DNA of 64,000 nucleotides from Owenia fusiformis (taxonomy: Eukaryota): assembly GCA_903813345.2 (NCBI GenBank), contig CAIIXF020000001.1:21514001-21578000 (forward strand), in the 5' to 3' direction. The notes beneath the pieces are model-generated. The model was not told the DNA's origin. It searched no databases and worked only from the letters and a program-made list of their open reading frames with translations. This document shows positions 12,701 through 27,500 of this stretch, in pieces. Every line of letters begins with the position of its first letter. Position 1 is the first letter of the stretch. The position numbers and the translations under genes are program-made.

Positions 12701-15700
12701 GTTTTTTCAGAAGCTGGATCAAAATATTTGTCTTACTAAAATTATTGGCAAAGGTATGATGTACTAAATTCTTGTACTGTATTTATGATTTTAATAGCAC
12801 TGTACCTCGTGAATCATTACTGATAAACAAGATACAGAAAACCTGTTCAAAGTAAATGCTATAATAAGGCATGATAGAAATTATCATAAAGAGAGGTATT
12901 TAGAATTTCTTAGCAACTTACACACACACACACAGGTTTAACTGCACTCAAACATTAAACAGTCAACTTGACAGGTATTCAGAATTTTTTTGGGAAATGC
13001 TGCGGTTATGCTCCATTGATTAAACAGGGGATCAAACAGCAGGGGATCAAACAAGTCCAACCATTCATTTATGAAAACATTTTGAACTAACTTTATGGCA
13101 CACTAATGACATCTTATATGAGTGTGCTGTACTAAAAGCATAGCCCCATTGGATCCCCTTATATTGGATTATCATAATCCTAATCCACGAGGAGTTCCTT
13201 ATATATTTTAAGTGATGAAACATGTGTTCAAGTACAATGTAACTTTGCGTGAAAATTGTAAAAAAAAATGAGGGACGATGGTGAAAATGACGATTGTATT
13301 TTGAAAAAAAAGCTTGTTGATGGGTGGATTAAACATGGCTTATGAGATAATCCAATTGATCTTGAAACCATTCTTTGAATTTTTCTTAAAGATTATACAT
13401 TGGCCTTTCATATGCAGTCATTTTTGTACAGCCAGAAACTACTAGAAAAAAATTATTTACTGTCAAAAATCTGTTGCGATACTTTCCCTCGCTCTTTGTA
13501 ATCATCTGCCATTTTGATGCTATATATACACTATGATGTAATCATCGACCAATGAAATTAGCGGATCGTGACCTTTGACTTTGCAATCTCTTGATGTTTC
13601 GTTCAGAGTTATCGACTCGTTGGGTGGGCCGATGAAAATTTGTCCCTTCCAAAGCGATGCATCATGGGAGATATTTATGTAAATGTGGTTGTGATTGGTC
13701 AGAATAAAAATTGTTGTGTTCTGATTGGGGAATAAATTGATAATAAACATAAAAGCTCTCCAAACATACCTAATTGAGGATCGTTGAAGTATAATCTTGG
13801 TGGTATATTCATTCAATACGTAAAGTTACAAATTTGCAAGTCAATTGTTAATTTTACAAATTTGGTAAAAGTGTATTAACAAAACTTCCGTAAAGTAACA
13901 AACGATTAGCAAAGTTACGAAGAAATGACATCACATATGCTTTCGTTTGTCTACGAAGGATGAAAGTTGCGAATGACATACAAAAGTGTTCTGTTAATGG
14001 GCGATTCGTAACTTTACGAATTTGTAAAGTCATTCATAAATTTTAATTATTTACGAATTTCATAAAGTTACAAATTACGAATTCGTGACTTAGTGAAATT
14101 TCAATGACCCCATGACTTATAAAGGTTGTGTCACAGCCAGCACTCAGTTTTTCCTATACTGACAGATAACTGCCGTATTATGGCAGACAGAATTTTGCAT
14201 ATAACCCCTGCAATATTATTACTTTAGTTTTGTGCTCCCTTAAAAAAGTAAAGCTCATAATTTTTGGCTTATACAAAAGAATTTATAAATTCTATCATCA
14301 AGCTATCCAAAGACTTTTACTTCCTGGATTACATATGAGTATCCTGGTTTGTTTTCTTTTTTTTATTTCATTTCCTGGTCAACCATTTTTTGTCAGTAAC
14401 AAAGTTTTTAGTCTCATAGACTCACAACTTTTGGTACAAAAGTACTTTAACATGTTAAAGTCTCTATCCTAAAGGGCTTATAATAATTGCCCTAAATTAT
14501 TTTTGATTAGTAATTTCAAAAAGAAACCCAAATGTTCTTTTAGATACAAATAAAATATAAGTAACTGATCTACACACAAATGCCAAGTATGCACTGTTTT
14601 TAAGGGTCTCTAGGAAGTCACATCTTGAGTGAATCTGTGATATACTGAGCCAGGAATTGCTTTTATTCCAGTTTGTAGATGATAAGTTGTCTAAGAAGAT
14701 CTTGAAGCAAGCACGTGAACAGCAGGAGGAGTTGGAAGAGGAGCATGGAACAGTCAGGTAAGAATTTAAATACGAACATGATTGTATTTACGCCTTCTAT
14801 AAACTATAAACAAAGTCAACATTTCACCTGGGATATATTCGCGATCAATACCCCTGGTAATACGTGTAATGTGTGACGTCATAACGGTGGGTCGTAGTAA
14901 TGGCAGACCATGATGAATATTCGAAACATTTTGTTGAGTTTTCATGTTCGAATTGTAAAATAGACCTCAGAGCAGGGGTAATATCATTGAATACACCCCT
15001 TAGGGCTAGGCACAAAAGCTTTCGTTTTACAGAAAACGTTTGTGCCTAGCAATATTATCCCTGCTTTTCGGTCTATATTTCTTAATTATAGCTGAGCATC
15101 ATAAGGTACAGGTGGTAAAAGCTACAAGGTTCTCACTAGGCTTTCAGACTCCGGAGTTTTAAAGTGTTTTTCCGGAGTCTAATTTTACATTTTTGTCACA
15201 TTATTTGTGGTAAAACTCTTGAGAAAATACATAAAACTGGATACAAACAAGGAATATGAAGTCAGAAACCTTTTAGAAATGTATATTGTGATTAAAATAG
15301 GCAGATAATCTTTAAGTAGTATTTTGAAAAGTATTATACTAAACAAAACAAAAAAATTCCCGAGAACCTTGACCCAAGAGTTTCAATAGAGTTACTAACA
15401 AAAAGGCAAAACAATAAATAAAATCAACAGGGAAAATTATTGGAAATTAAAGTTTTGAATCACCAGGGAAAATTATTGGAAATCTAGCATGGGAAAAAAG
15501 ATTTGCGTTTGTTTTATCACTGTTGATGAAAGATCTGATTCCATATATTGATTTCAATTTTGAGAAATAACCATCCGTAGCATTCATTCGGTACAAAAAC
15601 ATCCACTTCACTTTTACGCTTGGTGAACTAATAGCAGAATTCGTCTTGAAAAGCTAAACAATTGAATCATTGACTACAAAATACAGGTTTTTGTAATTTT

Positions 15701-18700
15701 CTGTATTTCTCTGATTTAGTAACAAGAAGAAAAAGAAAACTGTAACATTGGGTGCTGGTACATCTCAGGATTCTGAGGATGAGGATCTTGAGGATGAAGA
15801 CTTTCCAGCCTTGAGAGCTGCAGGAGAGGACCTTTATGAAACTGTAGTAAGTTCAAAATAATAGAATCTTGCCTCAAGCTTAATCTAATAATTATTGGAT
15901 ATAAGAAAGAACTGAGACCTAAAAGTATTACAAATGTGCAATGTACATGTATAACAAATATTTAAAATGTCAGTTTAAATTAATGTCAGTTCAGAATATT
16001 TTTTACAAAACATTTTTTGACATTTTTCTATAATACATGTACATGTAGTAAAATTCTAGATCTTCATTCTCACCTGATGATATTAATGATATGTTAGGTT
16101 TTAGATGTGTTGTTTTTTAATGATATGTTAGTTTCTTGACTTTTTTATGTTACCATTATTATAATGTATGGCAGTCGGTATCTGTAACAAATAGCAGGTA
16201 GTGACATTAAATGCATGTTAATGCATTGTTTCATCTGTAAGACAGATTCATCTTTGGTAGCGAAGTATTCAAGATCTTTCTTATCACTGAAAAAGACACA
16301 TCCTCACATGGTCCACATCCTGTACTTCATGTCAATAAAGATCGATGATAATGACATACATGTATGATAAATTATAATTTTTCCTTTTATTCATATTCAG
16401 GAAGTTAACGAAGACGATGAGGAGGCACTGGCGATGTTTATGTCCCATGATGCACCAGCCAGGCGAACCTTGGCTGATATTATACAAGAAAAAATTACTG
16501 AGAAACAAACAGAGATTCAGAGTCAAATGTCGGGTAAATACCATATTAGTTCCGAATATTTTCTAGGACTAAATCTTCATGAAACATTGGGGCATGATTG
16601 GTAAAGTAATAAGCTCATCCAAATGAAATGATCAGCATTGCATCCAACTTTGCTACTTTGGTTTAATGCAAGTGAAATATGGATTATTTCACCACCTACA
16701 GTGATTCTGAGTTTGAGATTAGAAGTCTGCATCTGTAACAAATGCTCACACTCATGTTACCATTTATGATAAATAACTAGCTGGTGACATTTTGCCATGT
16801 TTTTTTTGAAATTGTCAGTGAAATCTGTAAAGTAGAGTCACAAGACCAAATGACTTAATGCTAAATGAACCTCTATAAGTTGAACACCTCCAAAGAAGAA
16901 CACTTTGTTTTCAATATGAGTCTTGTCCTAGTGGAACCAGACATATTATGGATGAAAAGCACCAACTTCCAAAATTGACAATCTCCGGCATATACATATG
17001 TTGCTTCTTTTTCAGACAATATGAGTGTGAATATGCAGCAACTTGATGAGAGAGTTATCAATATGTACCAACAAATATCAGATATCCTATCTAAATACAG
17101 AAGTGGAAAACTACCAAAAGCTTTCAAAATTATTCCAGCTTTAAATAATTGGGAACAGGTATGTTATAAGTAGTATGGTCATTTTAAGGTTATCCAAGTA
17201 GAATGTTTTATACAGTATATTTAGGCATGAACCTGTATATTATTGTAAATGTATAAACAGATCCAATTGTGGCAATAAACTAAGTCTTTCTTATTACACT
17301 CTGACTCAGGTAGCCCTGTCCTCCAAGTAGATAATATTGATGATGTGTCATACGACATATAGATTACAGAAAAAGCATATTGTGAACGAGTGATTTTTTA
17401 TTTTTTTTATTTTACCAATTGAGACTTACATATTATGACATATTAAAACATATTAAAGAAGTAATAGCCAATTGAAGTTTGGATCTAGATTCCTTGTTAC
17501 AATCTGTTATTCTAGTTATTTATTAGAATGTTGCTATATAAAGGCAGAAACAAGAATCCATGGATGAGTTTGCTCTTTTCAGATTTTATACCTAACAAAA
17601 CCAGAAGAATGGTCAGCTGCTTCTGTGTACCAAGCAACAAGAATATTCGCTTCAAACCTTAATGCAAAGATGGCGCAACGATTCTTCAATTTGGTTCTTC
17701 TCCCTAGAATACGAGATGATATAGCAGAGTACAAAAAGTTGAATTTCCATCTTTACCAGGTATAAAGCACTGATATTTTGTAAAGAAAACGCTTTAAATG
17801 CGTACTTTTAGTTAGTCAAAGCATTGCTTAAATCAGCCTTTTGAACTGTGACTAATTTTTACTGTAGACCAAGGCATTTATGCATCACATGATGAAACAA
17901 GCATATTTTATCTGTAGAGCTAGATAACATGGTTCGAGAAAAGATGATTTACATTTAACTATGCGCATGTTAATTTCACCCAATTTCTTTCCAAACTATT
18001 ACTGCTTCATTATTTAATTTCTAACATTTCTAATATTATTAGATACATATTTTTTATCACCACCACAAGTGATGACGTATTGTTATTGTCTCCAATATTT
18101 TTGTGGCAGTGGTTGGTGTTTGGCTTTCAGCATCTGTAACAAATGGCAGGTGGTGACATTTTGAATGTTAATGCCTTGTTTATTCATATTTTTTTTAATG
18201 TTTCATTATCTGTTTTAGGCACTAAGGAAATCTCTATTCAAGCCAGCCGCCTTCTTTAAAGGAATTCTGCTCCCACTTTGTGAGGTAAATTCATGAATAT
18301 ATTCTAAGAGTCTATTCTACTAGGTTACAGTGGATATTTGGACATTTGCAAATAAGGTTACAGAAATACGATAAATATTGCAGCCTACATTTATCAAAGC
18401 ATAATGAGTTCTGATATTATAAGATGTTTCAAACAAAAGATTTTTAAAAACCATATAGAGAACATAATAAATAAGGTCAATTTGGAAGTTCTGAATACTA
18501 AGAACTTTATTTTGTTTAATCTAGTACCAGTCCTCATAACCTTGACAACATGAATAATGATAATGATTTCTATTTTCAGAGTGGCACAACCACACTAAGA
18601 GAGGCAATAATCGTGGCTAGTGTACTGGCCAAGAACTCAATACCAATGCTGCACTCAGCAGCAGCTTTATTAAAAATAGCAGAAATGGACTATAATGGAG

Positions 18701-19263
18701 CCAATAGTATCTTCCTTAGAAGTCTACTAGACAAAAAATATGCTCTCCCATTCAGAGTGATTGATGCAGTGGTGTACCATTTTCTACGGTGAGTCATGAA
18801 TTTGGGAATTGTTTTTGGGATAGATTTATTGTGACAGCAACATGATGTATTTTATCACTTTGAAATATAACATAGTAAGTTGTACAAATTGGCAAATATT
18901 TAGAATGTGTGATTACCTATTTTTTCATTGACATTGAACACTGAAATTGTGATACCATGAACAATAGATAAAAGTGTTGCACCCAGAACTGAAGTATATC
19001 ATCTGAAGATTAAAAAGTTCTACTGTGGTTTCAGGTTTGTGAATGACAAGCGCCAATTGCCAGTTTTATGGCACCAAAGTCTACTGACATTTATACAGAG
19101 GTACAAGGAGGACTTATCAAGTGAACAGAAAGACTCATTAATGGAACTATTACGTGTACATGTACATGAACAGATAACACCAGAAATACGAAGAGAACTT
19201 GTGAACTCTAAGTGTCGGGGAGAGGAAGGGAACCCTGTACCACAGGAGATGCAGTTTGATTGA
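6778..19263 (+). CDS. BYSL: Bystin (Enp1 homologue, 40S biogenesis factor)
   Basis: Nine exons: 6778-6921, 14672-14757, 15720-15846, 16401-16533, 17016-17158, 17583-17759, 18219-18284, 18580-18788 and 19035-19263, totalling 1314 nt (437 aa). Motifs [64 protein letters not shown] and [10 protein letters not shown]. Confidence 0.97.
7322..8606. mobile_element. Palindromic MITE whose left arm is split by a later insertion
   Basis: 7322-7424 plus 8154-8250 is the imperfect reverse complement of 8345-8606. Confidence 0.7.
7425..8149. mobile_element. Kolobok-like non-autonomous DNA transposon
   Basis: TTAA TSD (7421-7424 and 8150-8153). TIRs GGTGACTGTTAACTTAATC / GATTAAGTTATAAGTTACC. Purine-purine termini with TTAA fit Kolobok rather than piggyBac. 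Confidence 0.7.
9912..13494. repeat. Inverted pair of a ~310-bp dispersed repeat (9912-10220 and 13191-13494)
   Basis: For example CAAAGTTACATTGTACTTGAACACATGTTTCATCA near 10166 matches its reverse complement near 13213. Confidence 0.8.
11330..12129. mobile_element. 800-bp non-autonomous TIR element with Transib/RAG-like ends
   Basis: 26-bp TIRs CACGGTGTTATAGCATGAYGGTTACG and a 5-bp TSD AATAG (11325-11329 and 12130-12134). No long ORF. Confidence 0.8.
18053..18180 (+). mobile_element. Short Helentron/DINE-1-type (HINE) copy; others at 5220-5330(-), 16146-16230, 21335-21508(-), 26131-26227(-), 63248-63280 and 63604-63750
   Basis: Same ends as the long copy at 50258: ATGTCACCACC...GTGACA hairpin, TCTGTAACAAAT and GGTGACATTTT...GTTAATGCCTTGTT. 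Confidence 0.7.
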
Positions 19264-21576
19264 CAGGAGTGTTTGGATGTGGATAATGTGGAGTAGAGAA
19301 TATAACATGTTGAATATTTGTAGATACAAATAAATATTTGATGTTAACAATATCAATGTGTGATGTCTATTGAGTTGTAGGTGTCTCTAGCTTTACAGTT
19401 GAGAGTAGAAGAATATTTCTAAATATTTCAATTTTTCTGTGCAATCGATCCCCCTTTACTATTACCTAAATCTTTAAGGTAGGCTGAGGTGTCTTTTACA
19501 TGAAAGCTTGCTAACAAATATCACGCTGACAGATGCCATTTGTTTGAAGACTACCTTAACTCTAGAATTAACTATAAACAATGAATAAATATTTCTACAA
19601 AATAATATGTATTTATTACATAGAATAATATAACATTACAATATACTATAACAACAAAAAGGTACTTGTTTTTAAGTACACAGGTTACACCATGAAAATG
19701 ACATTTAAGCAACAATTTAAGAGTAAAACCAAACGCATTCAGAGATTCCGATGATTATTTCCATTCATAATCTGGCTGTAGTGTAGAATAAAACCCTAGA
19801 AATTCTCAAAAGCATTATACAGTACTTTGTTAGAAGTAAACGTGGACCTTGGCAAAGTATCCGACGGCAAGAGAAACTCCCACTGCTAATCTACTGTTAA
19901 CCAGTTCAGTAGCAGAACCATATTAAATATTGCATCAGCATATGATATAAAAATTTGAAGAACAACTTAATTAACAAAATAATATGTTACATGGTCTAAA
20001 TAGTTCAATATTGCCAATTTTATATTGTGTTTTTATTTAAAATTCATCGGATGAAAATTCAACATATACATGTCATGTATATTGTACTATTACTAAAATA
20101 GTTTTTCTAAAAATATCTTATCTCTCTAATGAATAGGTTGAATGTACAACTTGTTCAATAAAATCTACCATATTCTAATATTGAAATAAATCCTAATATA
20201 GGCCTACATAATCTATTTAAGTTTCACTTGTACAATAACTTATTTACATTTTATTCAATTTATTTTGGTGTGAGCACCTCATCTAGAAAGCACCTAAATT
20301 AAATAAATCAGCACCTCTATAAAAGTGGATATCTAGATTTTGCCTATTTCATATAAGAAACATAATCTCTCTAATACTGTACAATATAATATCTATTGTA
20401 ACCAATGTTGTATAATATATAAGCCCTGAAAGATTAAAACTTGCCAGAAAAAATATTTCCACAAATGTTCATTATAGAAAAATTTCGAAGTGGTTTCTTG
20501 CAAGAAGAATATCACCAAGTGGGTTCAGAAAGAGAAAATTCTGATCAGAGTTGATTACACAACAGTTTCTAGAGGTGTCATGGATACCTGATTATGTTCT
20601 GACCCATGGAATGAGGCACTCGTGTCGGAACACAGAAAAAAAACACAACATTTCAGTTCGGTTCCAGAACAAAATCTTACCATTTCAGTCTTTGGCCCTC
20701 AAATTGCCATAAAAGAGCAATTTACTGGAGTGGTCAATAGAGAGGCTTTACACAACAGGTATAGCTAAAACATATCCGCATCCGGATCTCGATTCAATTG
20801 AACTGCTATACATAAATCTAAAGTGAATGCGTTAGAGTTTAGATATATTGGGCCAAAAAATGTGCCAAACCTCTACTAATACTCAAATTGTCTATATCTG
20901 TGTGGCTTTACATACACTTCCGGCCCCATTCCCAATACTTGCTCTATTTGATACAACAATGGACTATAAAAGTTGAGACTAAACTAGCCATTCTAAATAC
21001 TACAGCAGTACTGTGTGTAATATAGCTAGTGTGTAAGTCATATTATGCTACTAAAAATGTAAACTTGTATGTACAAAAATATGTATACATGTGCATGTAT
21101 AAACACGAGTATTTTTCAGGTTTGAGTATTCCATGAATTGCATAATCCCATAATTGCATATAGAATACAAATTAAGTACAATTACTTATAGAGATTCATC
21201 ATTTAACATATAAAAGCATATGTAAATTGAAAAAAAATAATACTAACTAATATGAAGTATCATATAAATGCAGATGTTCCATTACAGAATCCGCGCCTCG
21301 CCTCCCTTGTGGCTACAAGTTGGGAACAGATCTTACAAGGCATTACCATGCAAAATGTCACCACATTCCATTTGTTACAGTTATTGAATGCGGACTGCCA
21401 AATGCAATGCCGAACACTGTCCACAAAAAGTTTGATACCATAACAATATGTGATGTCACCATTTGTTGTGCTGGTGACAATATATCACCACTTCTGGTGG
21501 TGACATAAAATGAAGAGAATTCCCATAAAATAGAACTTAGATGATGAATTGAGATTGAGAATTCCTCCTCCACATC

Positions 21577-24500
21577 CTAACTTGAGGACTTATCAGCATC
21601 ACTGTCCTGTCCCACCTCTAGGACAACACTAGGAGGGTATAGCTTACTTCTGTCCTTGCCCTCTCTCTTCTTCCCCCCTTGATCCCCTTCTTGTTCAAAC
21701 CCATATCCCAGTGCACCCATAGTCCCTTCTGGATAAAATGCTGGATTTACAAAGCCCATTTTAGCTCCTTGTATGGGGTGTATTGACTCAATGTCTGATG
21801 CAGAGTCAATCTGGTTTGGCAGACCAGCAGGTGGCACTGTCAATTTTGCCGGTTTTGTTTTCCCCGCTGAATTTTTCTGTCTACCAAAAGCTGTTTTTTG
21901 ATTGTGAGTATTTTGCTTTGGTTTGCATTGTTTTTCAATTTCATTGTCTGTCTGTTCGAGATCTTGTAAGTGCATCCCCATGTTAGGGACGTATGAACTA
22001 GCAGTAAACATCGAGTACCCCATGACGTGATTTATATCCACGCTTCCCTTACTTCCCCGCTTCCCTTGCGGAAACTGAGGCTTTGATCCCATAGCTTCAC
22101 TGTCAGATGATAACTGACCACCAGCATTGACAGATATAGCAATACTATGAGCTGATTGGTTAGTTAAAACAGACGTGTTGCTTCCCCGTCGTCCATTACT
22201 ACCCCTCCGTCTACTATGTATTAATCCACCATGCGCTGCGAGAAATGATTCTGGGATTTGTAATGGAGCTACACGTCCTTTTCCACGTTTCTTTTTCTTC
22301 TTTTTCTTTCGCTTGTTGCTGTCCTCCTGCTGCTGTTGCATCTCTTGTTGCTGTTCCACCCTCGCCTGTAGCTGTTGGGAGAAGGACTTCAGTGACTGTA
22401 CATCTAAAACACATTGATAACAAAGGAAATGAGAACCAATGGAGGACTTTACAAGGAATTTTAACAGGACAAGATATGGCTTTGTGTAACCCTTTGAAAG
22501 TATTAATAAACATGTTTCGTCATTTAGAGCATGTTTTGTAAAATGGACATAAAATCGTGACCATTAAATTGGGAACCAATTAAACTTACTAGATGAAAGA
22601 ACATTGAATCAAGTGTGCCAAATATGACTTCAAATCAATGCTGGATTACCGAATAATTAAAAATCGTTTGGGTTATCTTTTTTGGCTCACCCTCTACAAG
22701 TTGAAGCAATTTACAAAGAGAAGAAACTAAAAAGCTCAAATAAATTGAAGATGGAAGTAAATTGACTGAATACCTGAATCAGAATATCGTCGTAGTGTGC
22801 CAGCAACTGGGTGTATCATGCCACCCCGACGTCGTACCAATTTGTGGAGATTGGCATGAAATGCTGATGACATATCATGTGATGTCACACTGTTCAGATC
22901 AAACTTCATACCTATAACAACAAGAAGCATGACAAATGATTAACTACACAAAAATGATATATGATATTTAGGACTTGCGTCCAACACCCCCAGGAACCTT
23001 CTAGCTTTGTGTATTTATATAATTCAATTAAAGGGCTTTAGATACAAAACATTGGGCTAAAAGGTGTTCACATTTAAGTTTTACTTTCCATATACTAGTA
23101 CCGCATACAATCATGGGTACTTATTAGACCTCAACATGCCATATAGCCTGTGACTTAGCCATACCACCAAGCAAGCTCACGGTAACATGAGATCAGGTTA
23201 GTACCCATGAACAGTGATGAGTATAATTTGTAAACATTGCACACAATTTGTCATATAATCTTACCCATAGGATCATCATGAGTGCTGTGAAAGCTGATTG
23301 ACAGGCGGCCATTGTTCATCTCCCTACGTTGAGCGAAGGCTTGGGCGACCATTTTGTGTTTCTTTAGCTTCACAGGTTTATTACTGGTAATGCGGAAGCA
23401 CCTGGAAAAAATATATAAGATCAATATAGTTTCAGTAGACGTGATGATGTCACATTTTCCCTGATTAATACTATTTTTGATTATGATGCTGATCCTAATT
23501 CAAGAAAGTACTTCTAGTTATATGTATATTTCTTTCATATTAATTTAGCAATTTCAAAGCTGATAACAAATTGCAAAATCAGGAAATTACTAAATCCTTT
23601 GGGATACGGATCAAAAATCTCCTGATTTTATTTGGAAATACAGGCTTCTTGTACTTACTTTCCTAGAAAACGTTTCCATGCTTCCAGGGTAGGTTTCGTC
23701 CACACCCATGAACTCATCACTATACCAGCTCCAAAGTAAGCAAATATATTCATCTGCACAGCAACCAGACTTGGTCTACTGCTGATAGAGCAGGTCATGG
23801 TGGTGTTTGATACAGCCTTGGCAACAACAACATTGGCTTCACATCTAAAATGTAGTCAAAGTATTATGTCACAATTTGTGTCACCCATTTTGATTCACAT
23901 CTATAACAGTCAAAGTGTTATGTCAGAATTTGTAAAACCTAATTTGATCAAGAGATGAATGTTTATCAGTGCAGGTCTATATTTTTCTCTCATATAAATG
24001 TATATTTTGTTCAAGATGACTTCAACGCTAGTGAAACTAAATTGTCCTTTATCATATAGCCAAAGTATACAATGAAAATTCAAAAAAGAAAGAAACACCA
24101 GATAATTTTGTCCAGAAACCATACACTAAAAGAAGACATTGTCGCTTAAATGTCTAGCATAGAGTATAGGAGATACTTGGTATTAAACATTTATTTTTTA
24201 ATTTAAAAGGTTACTTCTTACATGACATAATCTTTAAAGCTTTGTTCCCACTCTGCCGCATTGACAAAGATATAAACGTGAACAACGAAGGTGATCACTA
24301 CAAATGACAATGCAAATCCTCCAAACAGACCTGAAAGTGAAGTATATGATGATAAAATACAACAAAAGCCAAGTCAATGTCTGTATTATTCCACAGTTAG
24401 CACAGTTAGCTACGCTCGCTCGTGCAGATATCATATTATCCATTCGTGGATAAAAATCATATCACTCATAAATCATAGGATATCCTCTATTTATTGAACT

Positions 24501-27500
24501 CCTGTTATGTTGCCAATATGAGAACAAGAACCTGTGCAGTCATATTTCCAGGCTGATTTTTAGAAAGGCCCTTAACATAGGGTGGAGCTTGGTCTTTGTT
24601 TACTTTGATCTAGCAGTCCCCACAAAGTTTCACCTTTATCCTTTGATCTTTCTATGATGGCAATATTTCGACTGTGATTTCTAACTGGAAACATTGCAGT
24701 ATTGTGATGTAGTGTAGTGTTCTGATACATTATGACATCATACTTTTTACCATAAGATACCTCTGAGGCTCCCTGGCAATTAGTTTGATTGCTTTATTTA
24801 AATTGACCAATTTGTTACAAGATATCCTTACATACCTAATCTAAGGATAGTGTTCCGTATCTTTGTAGTGGCCCTATCACTTATGAACCCTGGGCTCTCT
24901 CTCCTCAGTTTACACAGAGCATGGAGTCCTGAAATGATGTCTCTGGCATTTAAAAAAGTGGTTGCTTATAAGGATTTTTTTGTGTGCATAACCTCAGCCA
25001 ATTTGGCCATTTACTGGTTCAACAAGACAGTCTGTTTATTTTCACTCTTTTACTCAACTTTAAATAATTCAGTTAGTTTCCAAATCTAAAAACCGGTTGA
25101 TAAAGAATGAATTTGGATGACAAGTCATTTGGTACATTTCACAAACACTTTATGTTCTCAGATAATAAACATCAACAACCTGAAGTAAACTGAACTTTTG
25201 CATTTGTCTCATGTGCAACCTTCCTAAATAAACACCTAAAAATGGGGTAGGCAAATAGATAAGAAAATCAGGGATGTGACACAAGACTACAAAAAGATGG
25301 ATAAAGCACATACCAGATGACATGAAGATTCCACCGATGATGATGACAATTCCCACAGGAGCTAGCACCAGGCCAGCACGTGCCTTGTGGTCCAGATTGC
25401 CCACAAGGCATATACCACTAAGACTGTCTCCATCCACCTAGAAAATAATACATGGCGACTGATGAATGTTTGAAATGTTCATGCACTCCCATATGAAACC
25501 CAAACACACATAATGTGGGCTAAGAACATGGTAAGTGTAGATGCTTTAAAAAGTAGTTTGTATTACAATAAATGAATTTCTGAATTATTTCATGTATTAA
25601 GCCCAGCAACTAAAATCCTGTAAACAGCACAATTTTCACAATCCATAACATGTTCAATAACTTGATGAATCCAGACTTATCAAAAATAACTTAATAAAAT
25701 CAAAATATTAGTTCACTAAAATCATCATGTTACAGTACAATTAAATTCAATGTCCTTGGGAAAATAGTACAATTTACAACAACGAAAACCTTACCTGGGA
25801 TGTTGCCATACATATAATGGTCAAAACTAGAGGAAATGACCAGGCAGCGATATGAAAGTATGAGATCTTGCCCTCCATGACGTCTTGTGGTGTCCCAAGG
25901 GCCTTAAATGTCAGATGCCAGCAAAATGCCAGGATGACAAACCAGGCTATGCCTGCCATCAGCGTGAAGTAAACAATGATAAATATGACGGCACATGAGG
26001 CGGATTCACCAGACCTAAAATATGTTAAATAATTACATAATTTTAAACTATCTTGGGCATGTTTCACAAAAATATATGAAATTGTAATTTCAAAAATTTT
26101 TTTTTTTAAATGATGCTATTGTAATACTATACAAGGCATTAACATGCAAAATGCCACCACCAAAATGCCAACCACCAAATACCATCTACAAGAAAGTTGG
26201 CACTATATTTTCTGATGGTGACATAAAAGTTGTACCATGATAACATTAAGTATAATTGTTGTGTACCCTATCTGAGGTTCATGTATCCTCATGGTCCCAT
26301 CTGCTCTACAAACAATATCCTCCCTGGCACCTGGCATAAACTGAGCCAACCATCCGATACTTCCAATGAAGAAGCATGCATTGATGAAAAATAGGATCAT
26401 TGCGGGATACTTGTGTGCGTTCTTCCAGTCAATAAGAAATGTCACCTGAAATACATGGAGCACATGTTAAATACATGGAGCACATGTTAAATACATGGAG
26501 CACATGTTAAATACATGGAGCATATAATAATGCATGGAGCACATGTTAAATACATGGACCATATAATAAAAAAATATTGTTATGTATATACATTATGGAA
26601 CAATACATGGAGTGTCAGTTAAAATACACAAAACACATGTTTGGAAAGTCTCTTATATAAGGAAAGGGCAATAATCTTTGTAACCTTGGTTGTTTGTGAC
26701 ATTATATGAAAACCATGATGCAAGATAGTCTAAAAGGTCCCAGTTAATTTATCAGATTTTTCATTCTACCCGACTATCTTAATTATTCCGTATACATGCA
26801 TTTACTTACCAAAATATTTCCTTTTCTGAGAATGCATAATACAAAGAAAATGAAATCACAATAAATAAAAGAGAAGTTATTGTTGCTGAAGGTATATCAA
26901 AATACCAACAAAAAAGCAGAGTATCCTGCTTTAATTTCAATACAAAGTTAGAATCCTGTCATCCTATATGATTTTAAAAAATATAAAAAATATACTAAAA
27001 ACCTGTTCTTTGATATGGTAAAGTGAAAAATATTTTACTTACCAATGCAAAAAGTGTGCACAAAACACATAAGGTAGCAGCTACTGCAATGAATATATGC
27101 GTACTTGTATGTTCGTCTGTTGTAAATAAGGGGTTCTCACATTGTATTCCACAGCCTGCAACATCCTCGTAGTAGCTATCTGGATTTGAGGTTTTTACAA
27201 GGGGTTTCTCACATGTGGCACTTGTGTTGAATTGTAACTTAGACGCTGGGTTGGAGGTCTGAAATGTTTGGAGATTTGGATTAGAAGCTATTTAAAGATT
27301 ATAAGATAATTACATTACAGTATTGAATGTTATGTTTATGTTTATCACCTAGAGATTAGAGATCAACTGGTCTTAGATTAGAGATCAACTGGTCTAAGAT
27401 TAGAGATCATCTGAACAATAGGCTTACAGCTATAATTGTTTCTCTCCAATTTTTGATCTTGGTGAGTTAAATATTGCTACAAATACTAGATAAGATCCAT

